Shown here: piece by piece, positions 14,402 through 25,559 of the stretch
Layout: each line of letters opens with the position of its first letter
Numbering within the stretch: the stretch's first letter is position 1
Origin: Phoronis australis
Taxonomy: Eukaryota > Animalia > Phoronida
Assembly: GCA_002633005.1 (NCBI GenBank)
Contig: NMRA01000211.1
Location: forward strand, 412,262 to 476,261
Reading direction: 5' to 3'
DNA length: 64,000 nucleotides
Notes under the pieces: model-generated
Database searches by the model: none
Told to the model about the DNA's origin: nothing
Seen by the model: only the letters and a program-made list of their open reading frames with translations
Program-made: the position numbers and the translations under genes

Positions 14402-14584
14402 GCGAGAAGGCACCGTGAGCCACATCAAGATACAGAGCACGGGAGACTGTTATGACTTGTACGAAGGAGAGCAATTTGCTTCTCTTGCGGATCTCGTTTT
14501 TCACTATATGCAAGTACAACCACTTCGACAGAAGGACGGAACAGTTCTAGAAATCAAGTATCCACTAAGTTCAACCCCTGATAG
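14402..14584 (+). CDS. PTPN11: SHP2-like exon (N-SH2 second half)
   Basis: tttcag|...AG|gtaaga; [61 protein letters not shown]. Confidence 0.93.
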
Positions 14585-15652
14585 GTAAGAGAATTGATTT
14601 TCTTATTCGTAGGTCACATTTGCTGTTCCCAGCTGGCAACATGTGTGAATCTAGTATTTTATAAGAGACATTAAGCTTAGAATGCAACAAATGTCATTTT
14701 GCATTGGAAACCTTACCAGGCACAAATGAGAAGCAGATATTGAATTCTGGTTTCTTATCTCATGATGGGCAGCGTCTGGTAGAGCATTTGTACATTGAGC
14801 AGTTGGCGTTTGAAATCAGCTGACCACCACAAATGACACAGAAAAGTTTCATCTGTGGAGTAATGGCCTCACACATTTAAATGCATGGCTTTATTATCAA
14901 TTGAGCTGAGAAGACGATGATAAGCCCAGCCCTAAAATGTCTCATTCCCTACCTGCAACATCCCTGTGGTATATGTGCTGGTCACCTTCTAAGTGCCCCC
15001 CAGTACTGTGACATATTGGATGGCAAAATTAAATGCAATCATGAGGCAGCCTAGCCAAGACATTTTGGTTGGAGGACCCAGTTTTTATGTGGTTGCATAT
15101 TGTTGTCACTCTGCCTGGGTGTCCTCTCGATAACTAAAAACCCCTGGATTTTGATGAAATTTTAATTAGCACATGGGTTTTGGACATAACTAGAACAGAA
15201 ACTTTGTTAAATTTGGCATGTGTAATTCTATGAAAATGAAAATGGATGGCGTCCTGTATAAGGCATCCTGATTGTCTGGAGCTCTCTAACGGCACGCCTG
15301 AACAGTTACGATCATTTCTAGGTGTTTATGACTGAAATATGAGAATAATTAACTGTTCATAAACTTGGACATAGTACCAGTCCTCACAGATATTTGTTGT
15401 TGTAGAAGTAAGTTTAGTGGTGAGAATCAAGCAAGGCAGGTGTGACAGATGCATAAATGTAAAAAAGGTTCTAAATGAAGGACAAAAGACAGAAAACCGC
15501 CCATTCTGTTAACATTGGAAATAAATGGGTTGTAACGTGAATTCTGCTATGGGTTCAAGGTCTAATGGATGGTAGCGAAAAAGGGCTGTTCTATTAACCC
15601 GTAAGAGCCTTGAACACCTTGAAACTGGCTATGTTTCCACCTGCTGCTTCAG

Positions 15653-15818
15653 ATGGTTCTATGGCAATATACGTGCTGAGGATGCGGAGACCTATCTCAA
15701 GCAGGATAAGGCAAAGAATGGGAGTTACCTAGTACGCAAGAGAGTGGGCCATCGGGACGACTTTGCTCTGGCAGTCCGCTGGTACGATAGGGTGATCCAC
15801 ATCGTCATCCATCATAAG
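15653..15818 (+). CDS. PTPN11: SHP2-like exon (C-SH2 first part, divergent)
   Basis: cttcag|...AAG|gtgagg; WFYGNIRAEDAETYLKQDKAKNGSYLVRKRVGHRDDFALAVRWYDRVIHIVIHHK; phases fit neighbouring exons. Confidence 0.88.
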
Positions 15819-15890
15819 GTGAGGCTTGTCTCACTATAGTATGCTCTACGCAAATTGTTACCCAGTCTCTCAAAATGTAGCCATGCACAT

Positions 15891-17570
15891 AGAGAAGCGA
15901 CACTTGGCGAAATTACGCGAAAACAGGACGATGGGGAGGACGACGACGATATCATGACGATGAAGGCGGAGGTTATGAACAACACGATAACATTCATACA
16001 ACGAACTTAGATGTCATAAATTAGTAAGAAATAAGCTACAGTCTTGTTCAAATAAACTAAACCAACATCAATCCAGTAAGAGCGCTCAACAAAGGAACAG
16101 CGCTATCAGAAAATGACAAATAATTCAAAAGTAGACATCCTAGCGAAAAATGGAAACATCTTTTGAAAGCCCGTTTCAAACTCTATCAAAATTGATAGTT
16201 TCGCAAAAATCCACGATTTTTTCGAAAAAATTGAAATTTTGCTTTTTTATTCGAAATTCAAAGTCAAATAACTCGAAAACGGTAAGTCTGAGAAAAACGT
16301 TATCGCAGAATTTTTGAAAGAGCATACTTCAAGGAATCCACATGCAAAAATTCACGTCATTTGCTCTTCCCGTTAAAAATGCGACCGTAGAACGATTGAA
16401 AACGGGTGAAAATGCGCCAGACCGCCATCTTGAAAGTGACTTCCGGTTAAACAAAATTTTATAAAAGCCATTCAATAGCAAAGAACGCATGACCAGTTTG
16501 AAAGTGATTGGTTTGCCAATGCGCCCTCTACAGGAAAAAACGTTTTCAGCCAGTTACCGAGGTGCGCATGCGCCAATGCCGATATTTCCGCCATCTTTGA
16601 CCGGAAGTTAAAGATTTACAGCGCAGTTGTGGTGCTTGTGTGCTATAATAATCGCACCAATTTTCAGCCCTGCATGTCGAAAAATGCGGCCTCTATGAGC
16701 AATGTCTTCATGGTCTTGTTCAACAGAAGCTAAACCAACATGAGTGCAGCAAGAGCTGTCAACAAAGGAACAGCGCTATCAGAAAATCTCAAATAATTCA
16801 AAAATTAGAATTCGTAGCGAAAAATGGAACATATCTTCTGAAAGCCCATCCAAAACTCTATCTAAATTGATAGTTTTGAAACATTCCATAAGTTTTTCGA
16901 AAAAAATGAAATTTTGCGTTTTTTTTTTAAATTCAAAGTCAAATAATTCGAAAACGGTAAGTCTGAGAAAAACGTTATCACAGAACTTTTGAAAGAGCAT
17001 ACTTCAAGGAATCCACATGCTAAAATTCACGTCATTTGCTCTTCCCGTTAAAAATGCGACACCAGAACGATTGAAAACGGGTGAAAATGTGCCAGAGCTG
17101 CCATCTTGAAAGTGACTTCCGGTTAAACAAAATTTTGTAAAAGCTGATCAGTTGCAACAAACACGTGACCGGTTTGAAAGTGATTGGTTCGCCAATGCGC
17201 CCTCTACAGGAGAAAACGTTTTTGGCCAGATATCGAGGTGCTCATGCGCCATTGTCAATATTTCCGCCATCTTTAACCGCAAGACAACGTTTATAGGCAC
17301 ACTTGTAGCACATGTGTTCAATAATAATCGTACTAAGTTTCAGCTCTGTACGTCAAAAAATGCGGCCTCTATGAGCATTTGAATGTGAAATTGGAAACAA
17401 AATGTCTGCCACGTCCGCCATTTTGAATCCGATTGTGACCAAAAACAATAGGCTTTCAGGACTTTCCGATCTACACGTCGTGTGCAAATTTCATGAGTAT
17501 TGGACGAAAATTGCAAAAAAAAACTTGACGACAGAGCAACATACTTGGCGAAATTTATTTTGCTAAGTAA
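15891..17570 (-). mobile_element. HINE-like element, copy 2 (SHP intron)
   Basis: High identity to 7433-9500; terminal hairpin acttggcgaaa-ttta-ttttgctaagt at ~17543-17568; modules at ~16080-16745 and ~16750-17380. Confidence 0.75.
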
Positions 17571-18482
17571 TAACGGAAAATATGGAGGTCGCCTGCAGTA
17601 TAAGTGCTTCACAGTATTGATAGTTTGCTGCTGTGTCGTAACAGTTTGTTGCGGATGTTTTAGGTGATATAAAACTTTATGTTATGAATGCATGATCTTA
17701 TGTGTTACTTTATATTCAGTCCATGTAAAAAGCATCTTAATCAGGTTCTCATAACATGCAAATTATTTGGTACCTTACACTTTTCTTGCTAACACAACTA
17801 ATGATTTATGTTAAGAGTGTTAGGCGCTCTTGTCAAAACTGTTTCATTTTTGATGAGGTTTGTCTCCTCCCATGTCTTGCTTTTAATTGATGTAAAATCA
17901 TACGCTGTAATTGTTAATACAAATGCTATGAGATATGTGAAGCATGGCACTGTTGACTATTCAACCGGTTGTATCTGCCGCTGGTTTGACTTGTCAATGA
18001 CTGCTACATATAATGTTCCTGTCAACTAACATGGTCTTCAAGACGTGATTTCGAAAATTTGCAACTAAACAAAATTCTATGTACTCTGTATTCGTGCTTT
18101 GATCACTATTAGCTGTCAATAATTTAAAGCACGACCAGATAGCAGATTGCATTTCTCAACTGGCAACTATAGAAGAAACGAGAAATACGTATCGCGTATT
18201 GCGACAACTCTTGGGGTATGTCCCAATCTCTATTGTGTATCCAACCTCAGCAACACTATGAGTCATCTCGGCCACTTGTCAGTTTTATGCATGACCTTTG
18301 ATAAAACGGTTTCCCGACATTTTGAAAAATGATGAATTTGGAGCAGGGTTTGTGTATTTTGCGTGAAATCAGGATGGCTTTGTACTTGCACTGAAGGGAT
18401 GTGAAAGTCGTTAATTATGCTTGACTAGGTGCCATTATTTTGAATTTTTTTCTTGTAATGGTAAAATTTCTTTTGTCTTTAG

Positions 18483-18611
18483 ATCATCGGTGTTAACAGT
18501 AAGTATGGTATTGAAGATGATGAGCAGTTTGACAGTCTGAAGGATCTGTTAGAGCACTACAAGACGAATCCTCTGACATTCTCTGATGACTCCGTCATCT
18601 ACCTGGAGCAG
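18483..18611 (+). CDS. PTPN11: SHP2-like exon (C-SH2 end)
   Basis: ctttag|...CAG|gtaaca; IIGVNSKYGIEDDEQFDSLKDLLEHYKTNPLTFSDDSVIYLEQ (compare SHP2 ERFDSLTDLVEHYKKNP). Confidence 0.9.
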
Positions 18612-19887
18612 GTAACAGACAGTGGCGAACTTTGGGATGAGCATGTAAATGACCTAAAAATAAGCGCTGAATTAAACTGAATTTCCATATTCTGTGTTCA
18701 ACTGTGTGGTTTTCACGTGGCCTTGTGTTAGACATTTCAAGGTCACCTGAGGTCAATAAATGCAAACAATGCTTTTATTTTTTTTGAGTCCGTTCTGTAA
18801 CCATGACAACATTAGCCTTGGATTAATCTTAACTGCTTTAAAGATATATAAGTAACACCGCTAAAGGTGATAGACATTCATCCAATTTATTTTATTAAAT
18901 ACGAAAAATTATACATTACCAAACTTTGTAAATTACTTACTAAAATATTTCTCCAATGTTGTGGAGCCGTCTGATTCCTTCTTACTTGAGGTTGGTGACT
19001 GAATGGTTCCCATCAAAATTGGGCTACCCAATGTTGGTGTTTCCAGACCATTAGTTAGGAAAATGCACCCTCTACTTTGACAAAATATTTCAGTAAGTTA
19101 TGTGACTGATAAGTTTTTGGATTTAGTAGCACTTCCCAGCCAAAATGGTCACCATTTTTGCCATTTTTTTCACAAATTTTTGATATTGAATATTCAACAT
19201 AGGTGTTGTTATTGAAAAGATTGAAACAATCGACTAACACCAATTAAATACTTTTGGTTAAAGAATGGTGAAGAACATTTTTTATAGATCTCAACTTAAA
19301 CAATGCTGTTGATGAGTTACGCCAACAGATCACTGAAGCCTTTCAATTCTTGCTATTTAATTCATTAATTTAGTTAGAGGTTAAATGTCATGCAGTGCTG
19401 ATTACTCATAGATCAAGCAGAGGTCGAATAATTCAAACTAGTAAGGGTTTTCATTCCACTCTTTCCAGTTATGCAGTTAGGAAAACGCTAACTCCCCATA
19501 TTAAAAAATATAAAATAATATTTTTCAAAAATGGTGTCGAATGTGGTTTTAACATTTCCCTTTTGAAGGAGAAGATGCAATAAAAAGACTTCTTGTTGTT
19601 TACTGTCTGAAAGAGTTAGGTAAATTGACGAATTTTAGATTCAAGGAGCTCAACTGACTTTAATACAGCATAATAGAATTTTTCAAAAGTTGACACTTTT
19701 GATATCATTTAGTACTTTTCAACACTTATCACTTGCACGAGTCAAACATATTGCAAGTCACCCTCAAACTGTGTGATTTTATATTTTTAAACACATGACT
19801 GTTTTTGGAAGGTGCTGTCAGTTTGTGAATTGCATGTGCAACGTTCACAGTCACATCCCACTTTTAACGATGATGTTCTTCTTTTAG

Positions 19888-19938
19888 TCTCTCAACGAAA
19901 GTGGAACCTGTCCCTCACATTTCTTGAAGGAGTTTGAG
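19888..19938 (+). CDS. PTPN11: SHP2-like exon (shortened SH2-PTP linker)
   Basis: ttttag|...GAG|gtcagt; SLNESGTCPSHFLKEFE (compare PLN...GFWEEFE); phase 0/0. Confidence 0.8.
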
Positions 19939-20773
19939 GTCAGTTAGAACAGAAGATGGTGACATGACTTATTACATATTACAGCTTGACAAATACTCCT
20001 TACTGCTACATCTTTGAACTTTATGAAGAGTTCTGATTGGTTAATTTGCATTCAGCTCTTTTCTCACGCAAGGTTGATAGTTTTTGAAATTGTTTGTTAC
20101 GTTTGCCTCTGTATCTCCAGTTTTCTGGGCGGATTTTCATGAAATTGAACAAAATTGCTTTATTTTATAAACATGGCGACTTCATCCCATTTTTGGACAG
20201 GTTCGACATATGCTATGCCATCTAGTGGTTATTTTTCGTTACCAAGAAACACCACTTTGCGGTGTTGTTCAACACTATTTGGTGCTGTTGTGCGTATTTG
20301 GTATTGGTATCGAGAGCTTTTTAGTTTAGATTTGCAGTACTGTATCAGTCAACAAACGAATTCAGTACAGGTATAATATTGACCATCTTTTGATGATCAT
20401 GGATGGTTGGAATTTAAGTACTAAATGCGAACACAAGAGCTTACTGAATTCAGTACTGCTGCTTGGGCTGCTTGGTCACCTTCGTAATCCTTAAGGGCAC
20501 CTCACTACGTCATAAAACTAGGTGCTTGTTGATTGTTAGCAGCCCAGCCAACTGGCTCTCTGTTGTGTTGGCTGGGAATGGGATAACTGAAACTTGTACT
20601 TCTTGAATTTTCACCTGAACTAGATCCTTCATGACTATTGTCAAGCAACATCAATAAAAAATTAAGTGCAGTATACGAGACGTTAGCTAGATATCAAGTT
20701 TTGTTTTTCACTTCCGAGAAGGCAAGGTCTTGTTGCAGTGCGTGTGTAACCAAGGTGTGTTTTCCTTTTGCAG

Positions 20774-20870
20774 CAACTTCAAAAAGAAGAATCCAAACTT
20801 GTGTACAGTAAGCAAGAGGGAAAAAAATCTGAGAATGTACCAAAGAATAGATACAAAAACATCCTCCCGT
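20774..20870 (+). CDS. PTPN11: SHP2-like exon (PTP start, KNRY motif)
   Basis: ttgcag|...T|gtgagt; [32 protein letters not shown]; 97 bp. Confidence 0.93.
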
Positions 20871-21257
20871 GTGAGTATACTCTTGGTGAATTTAATGTTT
20901 GTCTTTTTTAAAATTTAACGAAAAGAAATATACATCTGTTGCAAAACAATGGTATCAATGACATGACCAAATTTTGTTATAGTTTTCTGAAATATTCTGT
21001 TTTCATTTCATGTAACTTTTGATTTTGGATAATAGTCATAAACATCCTATTGTTAACAGCCCTCGTCAAGAATGAAATATTTTTAAAGCAATCCCTTACA
21101 GCATTTTATAGAACAGGGCATCAAGCATATTATTTAAAAGTTTCATATTCCTTAAATATGGACATTTTACCGTTGTACAAAACTTTATTATAATGGAGTT
21201 TTAATGTGTCAAGTTTTACCCAGTGTATGAGTGGATGAAGGTTATCACTAACCAATA

Positions 21258-21420
21258 GGAGCCCGTTTCATGAAAGGGGACCCCGAGACCAAAACATTGT
21301 TTAAGTTTAGACCGAAATTCGGGCTAAGTTTAGACAAAAATTGTGAAAAGACAATTTCTTGAATACAAAATCGAATTTTGTTCTTCGGTCTGAACTTAGA
21401 TAGAAATTAAGTCGATTTTT
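21258..21420 (+). mobile_element. MITE terminal fragment, homologous (inverted) to 31020-31185
   Basis: ggagcccgtttcatgaa...gaccaaaa matches the reverse complement of the 31185 end (ggggccccgattcatgaa...gaccaaaa). Confidence 0.55.
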
Positions 21421-22489
21421 GACTCAGTTGAGCTTACAAAGTATGCTTTCCCTGCCTGTTATGAATTCACAAAAATAAGCAAAGTGGTGTGTGAAATACA
21501 GTTTCAAGAATAATATTGGTCTTGAAACAGTACTCTAAATGGGGATTTTGGAAAGAAATGGAACCTTCTTTGCTTCAAAAGGCCCTGGTGGGGCTAGAAA
21601 ATAATTCACATGTGCTGGTAAATGGCACTGCATTGTCTCTATGACCTTTCCCGGATTGAAAGCAGATCATCACGTGCCATTCCCGCAGACAGTTAAAACC
21701 AAGAAATTTCCAGTATCAAGATCTGATCTAGAATCACGCTTGATTCACCTTTGTAAGCAAGCTTTTGGTGCGATGATAGACTGAAGACTGGTTTCAATCA
21801 CTTCAATAATCTTGACATATCATTCCTAAGCCTTGACTCGTTATGAACTCCCGAGTCATTTCCAGGAAGTGCTACTCATGTTGATGTGATCACCTGCTGA
21901 GTCTTTAACTGAAACTCAGCTGTATCGTTAACTTTAGCTGACTCTCTCTAACCTGTGCATATTGTTTTGGAGCTTTTCATATATTATTCAAGCACATTCT
22001 AGAACTTCCTGGAATACCCAGCCATTATACAAACATATATTAAGTTCTAGAATGTTCCAGACTTAAGTTCTATATTAATTTCTAAATTAGATCTACTGGA
22101 ACCTACTAGAATGTCCTCAAGTTACGTTGTCACTGGCCTCACCTCATAGGTCAGTGCTAACTTCTAGTAAACAAATAGACCTGCCAAGAAAAACCTTAAG
22201 AAATAAAAACCAGTATCAGTCTATTCCTGACATAAGGCTTACAGAGCTAGCAATGAGCTTGGTAACTATAAATTGTAGCAAGACATCAATGTACACCCAC
22301 TGTTTCCTACAATGTCTTTGTCAATTGTTTTTTTTTAACTTAATTGTTCTGTTATGGTGTAAGTATCATAGTAGTGGAAGTGTATTCCACTTTCATAATT
22401 TGTTTTATACCACAATATTAGCGCCAAATGGCAGATACAACCGTGTAATAACCCATAAAGTTATCTCACTAGTGAGATAACGATTTGGC

Positions 22490-22566
22490 GGGAAACCGAG
22501 GACGGAGTCGAACCCGGGACCTTGAGTTTGCTGGTCGCCGACCTTAACCACTACACCACGTAGCGA
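22490..22566 (-). mobile_element. tRNA-derived (SINE-head-like) sequence
   Basis: Minus strand has A-box TGGTGTAGTGG and B-box GGTTCGACTCC at tRNA-like spacing, but no proper acceptor or anticodon stem. Confidence 0.6.
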
Positions 22567-22851
22567 CTGACGTCATCAAGAGTGAAAATAGAATACTTAA
22601 ATGAGTACGCGCAATAATCGCACGTTCAACAAACCGCATTGTACTGTACGTATACGCTACGAAAATTAAGACACATAATTTCCATAAAAATGACATCTTA
22701 ATTCAATGAAATATTTCTCTCATGTCCTCTTACTTGTAAATCACCGATCTCCAGTTTGAATGCGGGTATCGTGTCGTCAGGATCTTTGGCTTGAGAATTA
22801 TATTCAGTTACCAGTGGTAACCTACTTTAGCAGACGATAATTTCCCGGTCN

Positions 22852-24035
22852 GCGTTAAGTTCCATGCGATTTCACGCCTATACACATTACCTGATGGCGT
22901 TAAGTTCCATGCGATTTCACGCCTATACACATTACCTGATGGCGTTAAGTTCCATGCGATTTCACGCCTATACACATTACCTGATGGCGTTAAGTTCCAT
23001 GCGATTTCACGCCTATACACATTACCTGATGGCGTTAAGTTCCATGCGATTTCACGCCTATACACATTACCTGATGGCGTTAAGTTCCATGCGATTTCAC
23101 GCCTATACACATTACCTGATGGCGTTAAGTTCCATGCGATTTCACGCCTATACACATTACCTGATGGCGTTAAGTTCCATGCGATTTCACGCCTATACAC
23201 ATTACCTGATGGCGTTAAGTTCCATGCGATTTCACGCCTATACACATTACCTGATGGCGTTAAGTTCCATGCGATTTCACGCCTATACACATTACCTGAT
23301 GGCGTTAAGTTCCATGCGATTTCACGCCTATACACATTACCTGATGGCGTTAAGTTCCATGCGATTTCACGCCTATACACATTACCTGATGGCGTTAAGT
23401 TCCATGCGATTTCACGCCTATACACATTACCTGATGGCGTTAAGTTCCATGCGATTTCACGCCTATACACATTACCTGATGGCGTTAAGTTCCATGCGAT
23501 TTCACGCCTATACACATTACCTGATGGCGTTAAGTTCCATGCGATTTCACGCCTATACACATTACCTGATGGCGTTAAGTTCCATGCGATTTCACGCCTA
23601 TACACATTACCTGATGGCGTTAAGTTCCATGCGATTTCACGCCTATACACATTACCTGATGGCGTTAAGTTCCATGCGATTTCACGCCTATACACATTAC
23701 CTGATGGCGTTAAGTTCCATGCGATTTCACGCCTATACACATTACCTGATGGCGTTAAGTTCCATGCGATTTCACGCCTATACACATTACCTGATGGCGT
23801 TAAGTTCCATGCGATTTCACGCCTATACACATTACCTGATGGCGTTAAGTTCCATGCGATTTCACGCCTATACACATTACCTGATGGCGTTAAGTTCCAT
23901 GCGATTTCACGCCTATACACATTACCTGATGGCGTTAAGTTCCATGCGATTTCACGCCTATACACATTACCTGATGGCGTTAAGTTCCATGCGATTTCAC
24001 GCCTATACACATTACCTGATGGCGTTAAGTTCCAT
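22852..24035. repeat. 45-bp tandem minisatellite, ~26.3 identical copies
   Basis: Unit gcgttaagttccatgcgatttcacgcctatacacattacctgatg with no spacers; starts immediately after the N at 22851. Confidence 0.98.
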
Positions 24036-24244
24036 ATCCAGACCATGCGTAATTATCATGTTTATTGCCACTTCAGCCTGAATGGGTAATAAACTATTGA
24101 AATTGCTCATAAAAGTGTGTCAAGTTTATAGTCCCTGTAACCCCTGAGATTCTATCATGAACATTTCGCGTTATGTTCTGAGGCCAATACTTAAAGACAG
24201 AAGTTCAGACTGTTGTCAAACCAGCACTGCTGTTTTGCTTGTAG

Positions 24245-24400
24245 ATGGAAAAAGGAAAAGATGAACTGCCAGACCTTTTCAAGACCTACATTGCTACACA
24301 GGGTTGCCTGCCCACCACTGTGCAGGATTTCTGGAGGATGGTTTGGCAAGAAAACTCTAGGGTCATCGTCATGACTACCAAGGAAGTTGAGGGGCGAAAA
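24245..24400 (+). CDS. PTPN11: SHP2-like exon (PTP, YIATQG and DFWRMV motifs)
   Basis: ttgtag|...AAA|gtaggt; [52 protein letters not shown]. Confidence 0.95.
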
Positions 24401-25100
24401 GTAGGTCAAGAATCAGTGCTCATACACAGGTGATCTTAAGTCCGAGTCGCACTTTGTGACTAATAATTAAAATGACTGCTATATTGCAAAACTGTTCTTG
24501 CCTCATCGTCAGGCAGAAAAAAAATGATGTAGTTTTACAAGAAAATGTCACGAAAGGTCTCGATCCGCTCGGATGTAAGACAATAGCAGTGCGAAATATA
24601 TTACTAGTCAAACATTGTGATGCGTTCGACAAATGATGTGACAAGAAGAAGGTAACAAATGAATGTAGTCCGTTGTGGTTGACAATAGCAGTGTGTTAAT
24701 TCTAATACAATCTTCTGAATGCCATCAGTTGAATCAATCTGCTTCGTTTTCACCCTCACTGATTGTGACTGAACCTTCTGATAACAAAGTCATTTTGTCT
24801 ATGTGCAGTATGTGATATACTTATACTGTGGATATTCATCCACACTGTTTGTTCTGTTTGAAATTATATTTTCCTTCTGTTAACCAGTGTTGCACACGCA
24901 GCTGAGTTGGTTATGGGGGAAATGGGGAGTCATTTATTTTTGAAATCTTGACGGCCTTATGGCACCAAATAAGTAAAAGAGTTTCTAAAATTAATGTGAG
25001 CCATTAAATAAATCTACTTGTCACTGTAATTGTTTACCTTTGTGAACAGTGCATGTCAAGTAAGTGTGATTTTATTAACTCTAATATTTGTTGCTTCCAG

Positions 25101-25247
25101 AATAAATGTGTGCGATACTGGCCACCAGAAAATCAGACAAAAATGTATGATGTTCCCAAAGGCAAAATAATAGTGGAAAACCTTAAGCAGACCTCAAATC
25201 AAGACTTCGTATTAACGGAGATTGAGCTATCACGGGAATCTACAAAT
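25101..25247 (+). CDS. PTPN11: SHP2-like exon (KCxxYWP motif)
   Basis: ttccag|...AAT|gtgagt; NKCVRYWPPENQTKMYDVPKGKIIVENLKQTSNQDFVLTEIELSRESTN. Confidence 0.92.
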
Positions 25248-25559
25248 GTGAGTTAAGCGTGCTATGTGTTTTAGTGTTTCCAGTGTTAACAGGTTCGAAA
25301 ACAACATAGTTTAAAGAATAGATTCATGAGCTTAAATCAGTTTTGAAAATTGATAACAGCTGATTTAAAATAATTAATCTTTTCGGATACTTTTCCCTTC
25401 CAATTTGATTTGCCTAAAGTTGCCAGAAAGTATTTTTTATTACAGTCATTGTTGGGTTTCAGTGAAACCTTGATCAAGCTGTCACTAAAATTTAAGAGTG
25501 TCCATGAAAAAAATTAATTCTGCTCACTTGCTGGAAGTGTATATTGGTGTCATTTCTGT

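Noticed and set aside
21262-21330. GDPE-encoding stretch as the missing PTP exon 8
   Set aside because: No DHTRV or YINAN motif, no suitable splice sites, and it belongs to a MITE terminus.
22490-22566. Functional tRNA gene
   Set aside because: A and B boxes are present but the acceptor and anticodon stems do not pair. The same applies to 48290-48365 and the ~58965-59020 fragment.
22808-24081. 405- and 412-aa repeat ORFs on both strands; CRISPR-like appearance
   Set aside because: A 45-bp unit is a multiple of 3 and stop-free by chance. There are no unique spacers or cas genes, and the context is a eukaryotic intron.
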